The notes beneath the pieces are model-generated. The model was not told the DNA's origin, did no database searches, and saw only the letters and a list, made by a program, of their open reading frames with translations. A program made the position numbers and the translations under genes. This document shows positions 1 to 10,199 of a DNA stretch of 36,696 nucleotides, in pieces. The stretch is from Trichodelitschia bisporula (Eukaryota), in NCBI GenBank assembly GCA_010356995.1, contig ML996715.1:7648-44343 (forward strand), read 5' to 3'. Every line of letters begins with the position of its first letter. Within the stretch, counting starts at the first letter, position 1.

Positions 1-1717
1 CTTTACGTCCAGCTTACAGATATCATGGACTCCAAAGACACGATGGCATGAAACCCTTCGGAAACCTTCTGCATCCATCCAAGCGCCTCAAGCCAGTGAA
101 GGAGATGCTCCTTCAGGAACTCATGAACTTCACCGTCATCGTTGAGCTGAGATCCACTCTTATGAAGATGCTGTATCCAGTAGAGGCATGCATACTGCTT
201 CTCAGGTTGGAGGGAGCCTTCAACCTTATGACTGTCGACCTCGGTCTTGAGTACTCCAGGCCGACCTATTCCAAGCATGTCCTGCGTGAGGAAGTCTGAC
301 ATGACCTGTATGCATTTCGTGGCAAGGGCTTGATGCGCTTGCTTTTCATCGACCCAGAAACCTGTATCTCCGCTTCTCTTCGAGTCGAGAAGGAAGTCAC
401 GGAATGAAGGGTGGTGTAAACGGAGTGGGTAACCTGGTTCCTTTGGAATGTCTAAAATGGCGTAAAGAACACCCAGTATCTGACTCACATCATCCTGTGG
501 GATGTTGAGCAGCCTGCTCAAGGACTGGGTGGAAAGTGGAGAGAGCAGGGTTACAATGCTTCCAAGAAGACCTTTGAGCTCAGATCGGACCTCATCTTTC
601 TCCTCGTCTGAATAGCGGGGAGAAGTGCAGTGGTTAAGGACCTCTGTGTAAATTTTGTTGAGTTGCTCTACTGGGGAGTCGACAGCAGTGCGACTTTGGT
701 TCAGGATCGTTTCCAGTCTCTTTGTAGCAATTCGCTTTAGCTTTCCGTCATGAATAAAGCGGCATGCGGTTGCTGCCCAGATAAACAGGCCACTTGCGTG
801 CTGAACAAGGCGATGAATGATTTCCTCGCCTGGCCAGCTAGCGTGAAGAGAATATTCGTGGGCAATGCATGCGAGTTGGTGCCGTAGAAAAGTGCGGATA
901 TCGTGGTCAACAATCGATGGTGGTATATTGTGGAGTACAAAATCCCGGTGTTCGTCTTCCGGAATTTTGATAGGAAGCCAAGGTCTGCTCGTCAAAAACA
1001 CTCGGAGCCGTGGCCTCTCCAACAACCGAGCTTCCGCCAACAGTTGCAGAATGATCCGTATGCTGTCCTCATTCTCGCACTCGTCGAGCGCGTCAACCAC
1101 CAGCATAAATGCAAAAGGGAATTGGTTGCCCTTGAGCTTCGACAATGGACCGAGGACAAGATGGCGCCACTGGTCGAGTAGAGACAGGTTTGCGATGTTG
1201 CTGCGCTTGGTGATAGCATCGCAGATGGTCGGCTTCAGAGCCTGCACGTTGTCTGCAAGTTGTACTGCGATGCTTGTCACAAACTTGCCGGCATGGCTAA
1301 CATCTCCGCCACCTCGAGAGAAGAAAAAGCTGGCTCCAAGAGATTCTTCCACGGAACACCTAGCGGCCACTGTTTGCGCCACCGTGGACTTGCCAGTACC
1401 AGCCAACCCACTCAGCCAGAAGATGCTTGGTGAGTTTTCTTCATTGACCCAGCTGTGTATCTCCTGGAGAAGGTCGACACGGGTGCCAGGAAGACAGGTA
1501 GACTCAAGTTCTCGTTGGCGTGCATTAAATGGCGCATCGGCAGCAAAAGGTAAGGCCTTGAGCCCGTTGTCATCTAGGCGACTAATTAGCCTCGGTTTAT
1601 AGCGAACAGTTACATATACTCACCGCTTCCAATACTCACAGGTCCGAATTGGCCGGTAAGAGCAATTGAACGGTTGGAGACAGACACGCCGCTGATGTTT
1701 TGAGTACTGCCAGACAT
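1..1717 (-). CDS. Fungal NLR (HET-E/NWD2-like NACHT, probably NACHT-WD40) with short N-terminal amyloid-like motif; 3' end outside window
   Basis: Exon1 1717-1624 (MSGSTQNISGVSVSNRSIALTGQFGPVSIGS). Phase-1 intron 1623-1574 (GTGAGT...GCTAAT...TAG). Exon2 1573-18 is in frame: APFNARQRELESTCLPGTRVDLL, Walker A WLSGLAGTGKS, Walker B LVVDALDEC, FLTSRP, ASGLFIWAATAC, HHPSFRDFL, YACLYW, HLLHWLEAL. Next donor GTAAGC at 17. Confidence 0.93.
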
Positions 1718-2216
1718 GAGATTCGAAGCCGCGACGACGTAGGAAATTGCTGATATCAGGCTACTGCTCTATCATGGCAAATGTTGTCGAGCGCACGCGC
1801 GTTAATATCCAGGAGTGACCGTATATGCATCTCGGATCAAGACTGAGTTGAGCTAGGATATGTACAGCTTGTTGTGGTCTAATGAACCACCCTGCCGCCA
1901 TCGCTCAGCCAGAGAATACGCCACGACTCAGGCTGAGCCGAAGCGCAGCCCAGTAATCTCGCTTTACGCCCTGCCACCCCGCTCATTATGTGACTGCCAG
2001 TTGCTTTTACTGGACTACGGCAAGACCATTCAGCATGCATTCCACCAGCGCTCGCATAGCAGCGCGTCAGGATGCTTATGCGGGTTTCCTGCGCCTCAAT
2101 ATTGTCGGCGTACCCGAATAAGCTGTCGGCGTACTCGAATGAGCAGTCTTGGGCGGCGGACACTGGTGGTAAGTTGAGGTGGCACAAGGGCTTAAGGGAC
2201 AGAGAATGTGGATGGA

Positions 2217-2469
2217 TGTTAGGGCGAAGCAAGCGACAATTTCTTTGATGTATTTAATCTAGGACAAGGCTTGATTATAAGATAAGAGACAAAGAGTCAA
2301 AATGAGAACAGCGCGAATCTAAGTTATAGGCCGTGAACGAAGCTGCATCGGACTTCGGCGTTGTCTAGCATCGGCTTCGGCATTTACCGTGCGTCGGCTT
2401 CGGCGTCGCCGCGCTAAGGCTGGCTGTCCGGGCGCATCCCCACTGAGCTGCTCGGCATGAGCCGTGACA
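2217..2469 (-). mobile_element. Solo LTR (253 bp) with 5-bp TSD ATGGA
   Basis: TG...CA ends with imperfect terminal inverted repeat (TGTTAGGGC / GCCGTGACA). ATGGA at 2212-2216 and 2470-2474. Shares CATCGGACTTCGGCGT with the reverse complement of the LTR at 27305-27676. Confidence 0.8.
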
Positions 2470-2947
2470 ATGGAGTTGGATGAGAGAGCAGAGCTGTGGA
2501 ACAAGTCTTGTTGGTTCCTTGGCACTCTGGCCCTATACTTGCCTGGCTCAAGCTGAAGGCCTGCCGACCCTTGGACCTTGCCGGGGTGAGTGCTCACATC
2601 CGGTGAAGTGAGCCAGATGCTAGGTTGACAACTGGTACGGCGAAGATGCCTTGCGACGGCTAACTGTGTGTTTCCTTACTTGGCAGTCTGTTGCCATCGC
2701 TGCCTGTCCCTAGCACGCTAAGCTAAATACGATGATTCGTTGCAGCCCGCAATATCTCCTCAGCTGAAGAGCCCTCCTCAGCCCTAAATACTACCCGTTG
2801 CCTCCCTCAACAGCCATCTTTTCCTTCCTTTGTGCAAGACTCCATTCGTCTATCGTCGCCTACTTGAACCTGCCTTGATGGTTTTCTTCTGTTTACTTTC
2901 AGCACGAGAGCACATACAACGACTCTTGAAGCCAACCCCCAGAACTC

Positions 2948-3897
2948 ATGGATCCCTTGAGTATCGCTGCAAGCACTCTGGGCATTGCGCAGGTTGTCGT
3001 AATCAGCATCGTCAAACTCCATGATTTTATCAATGAACTCGCTGAAGCTGATGAAGAGCTAAAAAATATTGCTTCGAACATTGCGGGTATCCATCTCGCG
3101 TTGACCGCCCTGGGGGAACTCGACATTTCCACGGAAAGGACTCGGGCTGTTCTCAAGAAGGCTGGCGTCGCTGAAGCCGTGAGCAAGTGCGGCGCGCTAT
3201 GTGACAAATTCACCAAGAGCCTCGAACGGTGGACGAAACATTCCAGCGGGAACAAACTCTCCTTCAGAGATCGCTTATTAGTCGGCATGTGGCACAGCGA
3301 GAAAATCCGGACGTTCAAGATGCGGGTTCAGTCTTGCAAGGACACAGTTCATTTTGCCGTTTCATGTACCCAGCTGTAGGCGAGCTGTCAAATACCATGT
3401 TGGCAGACACACACTAACGCTAGAAAAGGATCATCTCACTTGACGATGAACATTCTTCTGAGGATCGTCGAAAGGAACTAGAGATACGAGCACGGAAGGT
3501 GAGGGAGGAAGTTAAAGAGCATGTCGATCTCAGCAAAACGCAGCAACTTGAAGCACAACAGCGCAAGAAAGAGTTGGAGAAAGAGTCCGACAGCGAAACA
3601 GAAGAAGCCTTCCAACTGCGAGAGTCCGCTATTGAAGAGGTTGAAAAGCAGTTACGTCTCCTCAGGGTCGATCAAGAGTCCTCTGAAGCAGTTCTCTCAC
3701 AGCTACCCTCCGAGTCAGTGGAACAGGAAATTCGCGATATCCGCACTGCCGAGAATTCGTGGGCTGCGGTAGGGTCGTCAGCGAGTGTTGTCGGAATTAC
3801 TCGTCAGCGAATTGAAGGGGTACATACGACGAACCAATCCGTTGCGGTTGTGGGGAGATTTGACGTGACTTCGATTCCTGGCCCCATGTCACGGTGA
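2948..3897 (+). CDS. HeLo-like (HELL/SesA-type) protein with C-terminal two-repeat HET-s-related amyloid motif, ~298 aa
   Basis: Exon1 2948-3375 begins MDPLSIAASTLGIAQVVVISIVKL, a hydrophobic N-terminal helix typical of Helo_like_N/SesA. Intron 3376-3428 (GTAGGC...CTAAC...AAG) joins it in frame to exon2 3429-3897. The C-terminus has two pseudo-repeats, QEIRDIRTAENSWAAVG and QRIEGVHTTNQSVAVVGRF. Confidence 0.85.
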
Positions 3898-4211
3898 TGG
3901 CGATGGCATACGACAACCTCGCCGCATCATTGCGCGGTTGACAGTGGCGTCGGCAGGCAGAAGCCGACTGTGACTCACAATTTTTAATAAGTGGCGAAGG
4001 GAACAGGCTGGAAGGTTCCAGAGGATGTTTGTACGTCACCAATATGCGGATTGTGGATGTGTGAGTGCTGCTGTGTGTATTGTGTGTAGATCTAGCGAAG
4101 AGGGAGTTCAAGAACCCGCTCAGCAGGTGGAGAGTTGACTGCCAAGCCATGAGGCCGGCCTAGTCCATTCATATTTGATCTCATCTTGCCATCTGACCTT
4201 GGGTCAACAAA

Positions 4212-4307
4212 AGGGAGCCGGTGCCAGGCTGAAGACGGGGCAATTTGAGGGAGGCGCGGTGGTTCAATGCAGAGGAAAGACGAGCACACGTTACTGCTTA
4301 TCCAAAA
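4212..4307 (+). repeat. ~96-bp dispersed repeat, copy 1 (copy 2 at 17580-17677)
   Basis: AGGGAGCCGGTGCCAGGCTGAAGACGGGGCAATTTGAGGGAGGCGCGGTGGTTCAATGC... aligns colinearly with 17580-17677. Confidence 0.75.
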
Positions 4308-4395
4308 TCTCTTAGCGCATCAGTAATTTACATTTCAATTGAAGGAAATCTGGCGCTGGATTGGCGGCAAGACTGAGGAAGATAATAGCTCCCAC

Positions 4396-4418
4396 TGATC
4401 ACGCATCACCTTTCAACG
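4396..4418 (+). mobile_element. 23-bp terminal fragment of LTR family A
   Basis: TGATCACGCATCACCTTTCAACG is identical to 29793-29815. Confidence 0.55.
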
Positions 4419-4689
4419 GTCTGGATACCCACCCCTCGTATTTCGTGCATTGACTTTGGTTTGAAAGGATGAGCACGTTCGCTAGAATGACAACAAGAGC
4501 TTTCGAACAATTAGAGTCAAAAGGAACAACATGAAATTGAAAATAATGGTCTCCTGCTGCAGCCCGTGACATACACCTGTCGACTAGGAAACCCTCGTAC
4601 TCCTGCGCTATCAAGACGACCCCCCACCCGAGTCACTCCACCAAGGAAACGCGTAACTCGAACAGGAGCCGGATTGCCCTGTCAACCGC

Positions 4690-5451
4690 CTATGACGTAT
4701 TGAATTTCCATCGCGAGTTAGCGTCACTGCATTGGGGACAACTGCGCTTGTGGATGGCGAGGTTTCCACGTTACGAAAATTTCTGGCCACATTCACAGGC
4801 AAACGGCTTTTCCCCGGTATGGGTGCGCTGGTGGTCTATCAAGGTATCCGGTCGTGAAAAGGCCACGCCGCAGTTGGCAACGCTGCAAGGGTACGGCCTC
4901 TCTCCGGTGTGAGTGCGCTGATGTCGGGTCAAGCCTTTCGACCATGAATAACCACTCCCGCAGCCGGGAAACTGGTAAATGTACGGCGCCTCGGGGGCAG
5001 AAACGTCAACCACCTCGTTTGTCTCGGGATGGACATAGATGTCAACAAGATGGCCAAGAGCCTCGTCTGGGACGCAAAACACCACCCTAAACGTTTGCTT
5101 CTCCGCCCGTAGAGTCCGGCGCTTTGTGCTCCGCGTCTGAGCTGCCTGGGGTTTGGCCGCTCGAGTTGTTGCTGATGTCGTGGTCGTTGCCGCTGCTGTC
5201 ACTGCTCGAGCCCTTGCTGTTGCTGCCGACCGCCGCGTCTTTTCTCTGCGGCTGTTCCGAAGGCGTACCCGCTTATGCGCCGCGCTTACATGCCGGGCAA
5301 GGTGATCCCGCCAACCGTATTTCTTGTTGCATCCTTCGTGCGTGCAAGGGTGGGCGAAGTTTCCTCGAAAAGTCGCTTCGTGATCGCGGGCGTTCCACGG
5401 ACGCGTGTGCGTCTTGGGGCATTGCGGGCATTTGTATATCCCGGTCGACAT
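4690..5451 (-). pseudogene. Multi-C2H2 zinc-finger protein, probably pseudogene
   Basis: [41 protein letters not shown]. In-frame TAA (4771-4773) interrupts the last finger (FS*RGNLAIHKRSC). One finger has YIYQFPGC in place of Y-C-xx-C. Confidence 0.7.
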
Positions 5452-5664
5452 GGCATCGCGATCTTTGGCCAGAATATTAGCGGAGAGAATGAAAAACCTG
5501 GGGGGGGGGGGGATATCAGATCCTGTCGCAATCTGCAAATGTCTCTTTCGTGCAGCTTTTTCAAGGTAGGTCGCGTCGTGCTTTGGATCTTTGTGGATTC
5601 TGGCTAGCTTTAATGTGGGGGCTGATTGCAATGCCTACAATCCCCGAGCAGCGAGGTGTCACAG

Positions 5665-5872
5665 GATGGATGAAGGGACGACCGGCTGTTGGGGCGCGGT
5701 TCATCCATCACGTCGACGCCTCCCCACGCAAGTGAAGGGGTGCACTCGCCATCAGGTGAGTACCCATCGATAATAGGGAGGCGTCGCCGCTCAAAGCATC
5801 CCTTGACGGCGGATGAAGGGGGGAGCGGTTGCTGGGCGCGGTTCATCCATCATTCTCCACGCAAGCGAAGGG
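5665..5872. repeat. Two imperfect ~65-75 bp direct repeats, each with a hairpin
   Basis: GATGGATGAA(5665-5674)...TTCATCCATC(5700-5709)...CCACGCAAGTGAAGGG, repeated near 5811-5872 as GGATGAA...GGGCGCGGTTCATCCATC...CCACGCAAGCGAAGGG. Confidence 0.65.
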
Positions 5873-6434
5873 ACGCACACGCATTGTCGGGGCGGCGAAC
5901 TCATCTTGTCAGACGAGGTAAGGCGTGAGCATCACCTTCATCTTCGGGTCTCCTATTATTATGGTCAATGTCAATGCAAATCCGCCTTCAAGGTCAGCGT
6001 GGCGTTATCCCGACAGAGGAATTGGGTGTGGGCCGCCGCTCAACCCATCTCCTGACTGATTAACACGGATGCGTCGGTTTATGCGCATTGCGGGACAGTC
6101 GGCACATGGAAGCAGGCGGCGATGTGTGCGTCCCATCAGGGAAGCGAGAGGGCAAGAGCCGGAGGAAGGAGTATGTCGCTGCGGAGCTAAGCTGTTGCGG
6201 CGGGCGGGGAAGGGATGCGAAGGAAGGGTGTGGATAGATAGGATAGGACTGAAAGTAAGAGCCAGTCGGAGCTCTCTCTCCTGATCCTATCTATGCTCCG
6301 ATTTCAGCCATCATTCTTAGCCTGTTGGCGGCTGAGTAACAACTTCGCTAGCTAGTCGCCGAAACGGTGTAACACGCATCTCATTGTTTCGACAGTGATT
6401 CCGGACACTCTAAGCGCCCGACTTCTGAAAAGTT

Positions 6435-6488
6435 GGTAGGCATCGGCCCGACCGTTTAATCCGAGAGCCAGTACACTCCGCAGTCATG
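6435..6488. repeat. ~54-bp dispersed repeat, copy 1 (copy 2 at 20684-20736)
   Basis: ATCGGCCCGACC(G)TTTAATCCGAGAGCCAGTACACTCCGC(A/G)GTCATG occurs at both sites; both minus-strand ORFs read MTAECTGSRIK. Confidence 0.85.
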
Positions 6489-6861
6489 AAGTCGCGATCG
6501 CAAAACTTCTCGGTAGCGGTCCCTTTCCGATAGTTAAGTTCGGTTACGAAACGAGAGAGCGCGGTACAGATTTCCTCGGTCACGAGCTCAAAATCGTATG
6601 GCTGCTGTCCCTCGTAAACGGCCCTTTCCATCGCGAGCAGAGTATCGCAGTAGAGGTCGTACAAGTCCAGATACTCTTGTTTAAGGTCTGGTGGTATCAT
6701 GATTGCGATGGAGGCGGCCGATTCGCGATATGAAGTGTTGTTGTCGGGTGTCGATGAGGCTTAGGCGGCCACGGCAGCATAACCCTCTCCATAGCCCCGT
6801 AGCTTACCTCAGCATATCCATCCTTGACGCGTGAACCTCAGCCACCGAAGTCTCTTCTAGC

Positions 6862-7500
6862 ACCCACCATTTCCGATCCCCCATACACAACAAGTCCATC
6901 GCCTTCATGCTTCCAATGCCTGAAGAGAGTCACCTACGCACACTTCCTCGGAGTTTCTAGTTAACAGTGATGCCGATGCAGACTCCAAGCCCAAGATAAG
7001 CCGTCAAAAGTTGAAAATCCGCGCCTCTAGAGCTAGAGCCTTCTCTAAGTGTCCGAGCTACCGTATGGTTACCCCACATTCTCCTTCTCTCTCTCCTCAC
7101 GCCCTAGGTGGGCTGCAAGACGACAGAGAGTCAGGGTGGATCAAGTGTTATTCGAAAAAGTCGTGGCCGCCTGTCTGGGCCGCCTTTGCGGGTCGGAGCG
7201 GCCACAACCTTTTCAGATACGGGTAGTTCCTTGCGGGCCGAATGTGGGGATTCTCGCGATCGCCGGGCAGCCGCCCAAAACACCAAGCACAGTCTCGCCA
7301 AAACAGTAGCGATCAATACATCTACATCCTTGATATTCAACCCTCAGTCATTAAGTCTTCCCTCCCAGCTCCCACCATCCCCCCCCCATACATAACAGAT
7401 GCATCGCCTTCAATGCCCGAATAGGAGTCACATATGTACAGTTCCCAGGAGTTAGCAACTTGCATTGATGCCGATGTAGAAGACATTGGATCCAAGCGAC
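6862..7500 (+). repeat. Diverged ~130-bp direct repeat (about 6862-6990 and 7372-7500)
   Basis: CCCACCAT...CCCCATACA...CATCGCCTTCA...ATGCC.GAA..GAGTCAC...GGAGTT...TGATGCCGATG.AGA...TCCAAGC present in both copies. Confidence 0.6.
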
Positions 7501-7764
7501 GAGCGCCAACTATCAGCCATGCTAGGAGGCCACGCGAATCCTGCCGCGAATATTCCGCATATACCAGATGTAGGGAACCCTGTCAAAGAAGCTCAAATCG
7601 TCCTTCATTGCCTTCTCCACTCTAATCCCAAGGACCCTCTCTCCATGTTCTCCACGCCCTCTCCCCTCAGCCTTAAAGGCACCAGACTCCTCCCACTCAG
7701 CCAAATGAGGCGCTCTATCTTCTGCGGGAAGTATAAGAAGAAGCTCGTTTAGGGATTAGTTTAC

Positions 7765-9037
7765 TTACCTGCGCTTTCTACGATGTACTTTCGCTGGTGG
7801 TAGCCTCGGGTCGGTGGCCTGTGGTCCGCTTTGCGTAAGTGCTGGTGTGGGAAGTGTGTTCTGCGTTTCGAGGCCCTGCGCTGCTCTGCGGGCTGCGATA
7901 TTGCGACGATTCAAATGTGCGGGTATCTGTACCTGTCGTGTCTGGCATCCAGAGTCGTGGTGTGGTGCTAAGCCAGCGCACCCCCTGCAAGACGCGAGCG
8001 GTTGGGCCCTTTGGGCCCCGTTGGCGGTTCGCTCACCTCCACTGGCAGCTCGCTCACCTCCACTGGCAGCTCGCTCACCTCCACTGGCAGCTCGCTCACC
8101 CTCACTGGCGGCTCGCTCACGTTCACAGGCAATGACGCCGAGAAGCTCCTTCGCATATGCCGCAGCAGCAAGGCCAGCATGTCTCTGCCACTCTTCATTT
8201 TTGTGCTCGTCGCAGTAATCCGAAATGCCCCTGATGACAAGACATGGAAAATTGTTCATCAAGCCAGCGGCTTCCGTTTCGAAGCAAAGGCAATCCCCTA
8301 TTCGTCCGAGCTCATCTCGGATTGTGGCGTCTTTAACAACCTCGTTGCCAGAAGCAATGGTTCCATAGTGAACAACTGGCCCCGGGTGACGGCGGTCGTG
8401 AGGTTCATGTTCGTTTGGAACTCCGTATCCGGATTCGACGTAACTCAGATCGGTTTCCAGTGTCCTCCTCACCCTTTCCGATATGATGGCAGGGTTCCCA
8501 ATGAGATGTATCTCCAGAAATCTCACTGCGTTTTGCAGGAGAGCTGGGGGAGCGTTCAAAGAACCAGTTTCCCTGAATTCATACCGGTACGCCTTGCCCA
8601 TATCGTACTGTCTGACGCCCCCATAGCCAGAATTCGGTGCGCTCACGACGACGTCGCCTAGCCGTATATCATGTGCAGGAGATGGAATGCCTCCTCCAAT
8701 GCCGACCATGAGACCGAATTTGATGTTCGGGAATGTCGCGAGCACTGAGGGATTAGCCTACCGGTATGCAAGTAAGAGGCCAAAACTAACTGTGCTGCGC
8801 CGCAACGGCCGCAGATGTTGTTCCCGCCTGAGAGCAGCACGTAATAGCCACGTTGTGATTTCCCGTCTGACCCCCGATGTGGCCCAAGAAGTACAAATTT
8901 TGATCTATCGGGTTTCTCTGCTCCGGCTTAAGGCCTGCATGTCGTACATCAAGCATCGCTACAGCAGCATATGCTTCGTGCGGTAAGGCAGCAACCCATG
9001 CGACCGTGTATTGGTCGCTATCCAATTGGGAGGGCAT
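7765..9037 (-). CDS. Stand-alone PNP_UDP (nucleoside phosphorylase, NLR-effector type) protein with repeat-containing tail
   Basis: Exon1 9037-8791 (YTVAWVAALPHE...NLYFLGHIG...HNVAI). Intron 8790-8745. Exon2 has FGLMVGIGGGIPS, DIRLGDVVVS, QYDMGK, VHYGTIASGNEV, CFETEAAGLMNNFPCLVIRGISDYCDEHKN, AAAAYAKELL. No NACHT follows. 3' end uncertain. Confidence 0.85.
8022..8130. repeat. 21-bp tandem repeat, ~5 copies
   Basis: Unit CTGGCAGCTCGCTCACCTCCA; encodes (G)ERAASG in the annotated frame or VSELPVE in the shifted frame. Confidence 0.9.
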
Positions 9038-10199
9038 AAGTCAATTGACAGGATTCTCAGATTACTAGAGCGTTAGCACGTGAAAGCAGGTGGGGAAAGG
9101 CGGGATCCCTTACTATGGTAAGGGTCTATCTTACCTGCAGTCAAGCAGATGACGGTCATGAGCGGGAGACAGGGCGCGGAATGATTATGAGGGGGCCCTC
9201 AGGACTTAAGTATGTACAGTCCCAACACTTTGTGCCACAACCCCGCACTCCCAGCCTGATCATGGAATCTGCCTAAGCCGGCATGGGTACATCTTCATTC
9301 ACGAGTACTGTTGCCGTGGCTCGATACTGTGCAGCCTATTGGTTTGTCTGTCCCCTCGGTTCCCTGTATCGAAAGGCCATTCAACTCTGACGTAGCCAAT
9401 GAATGTGGGAAGGGCGAGAGACGCTGGGGCTGTGTGCATAACTTACTTTTTAAGCGGAACATAAGCAAAGGCAACTGTGAAAACTGAAGATTGAAAGGCG
9501 AAGAAAGAGAGAGAGGAAGACAATGTGTAAAATAAGTACGTGTTGCCCTCCGATGCTCCTTCCCTTAGCTATGAGGCACATTGCATCATGTCCCTTCCTC
9601 AGATAAGTATGCTTCTTCCTGACATAACAATGTTCCTGCCTCATGTCAACATCATGTGGGGTACACCGTCGCAGGCTCAAAGAGCGCCATAAGTGTGTCT
9701 CTCGCAACTTAAAAGAGTCCGCAAGTAAACTTCGAGAACAGGGCACCTTTGCCGGCTCCGATTAACTTATCAGGTTAGCGAGCACGCACTCCCTCGAGGA
9801 CGGGCGGCCTGCCTACAACAAGAGCATTGCATCAAACTCACTGACTCAGGAGTGACGTGGCGGTACCTCATCTTATCCCAGCGCTTTCAAGATCAAGAGA
9901 TGCCCGTAAAGTCGATGCGGTCAACGAAGACGAACACTCGAGGACGCGAGCGGCATACCTGCGACAAGCGCATTGCATCAAACCTCGATAGTCCAGGTAC
10001 GAGCTGACGCTGCTGGACGTCGGTCCAAGGCCAAAACTCGTCCGAAGTGTCAGCAGGGTTAACAGCACGAACACCCTCTCCGGACGTCATCATCGGCAGC
10101 CATGCTAAGCGGCGCGGCTAGGCACGGGCCGGCCCACGCGCCGTACCGCCACGAGGCAAGGGCCACCTTGGGCATCAGAACTCCACAGCGTAACCAGAA

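Noticed and set aside
865..1602. 245-aa plus-strand ORF (and similar long ORFs at 8002-8661, 22550-23551, 13326-13865)
   Set aside because: Antisense shadows of recognisable genes on the opposite strand; no motifs of their own.
6410..6700. 96-aa ORF, and HDCGVY (Ulp1-protease-like) in another frame of the 54-bp repeat
   Set aside because: Too short, followed by a stop, and no other protease motifs; the ORF has no recognisable family.
7690..7770. Possible extra PNP_UDP exon reading KIERLIWLSG, like a NACHT start
   Set aside because: No GxGKS follows and the frame closes soon after; likely coincidence.
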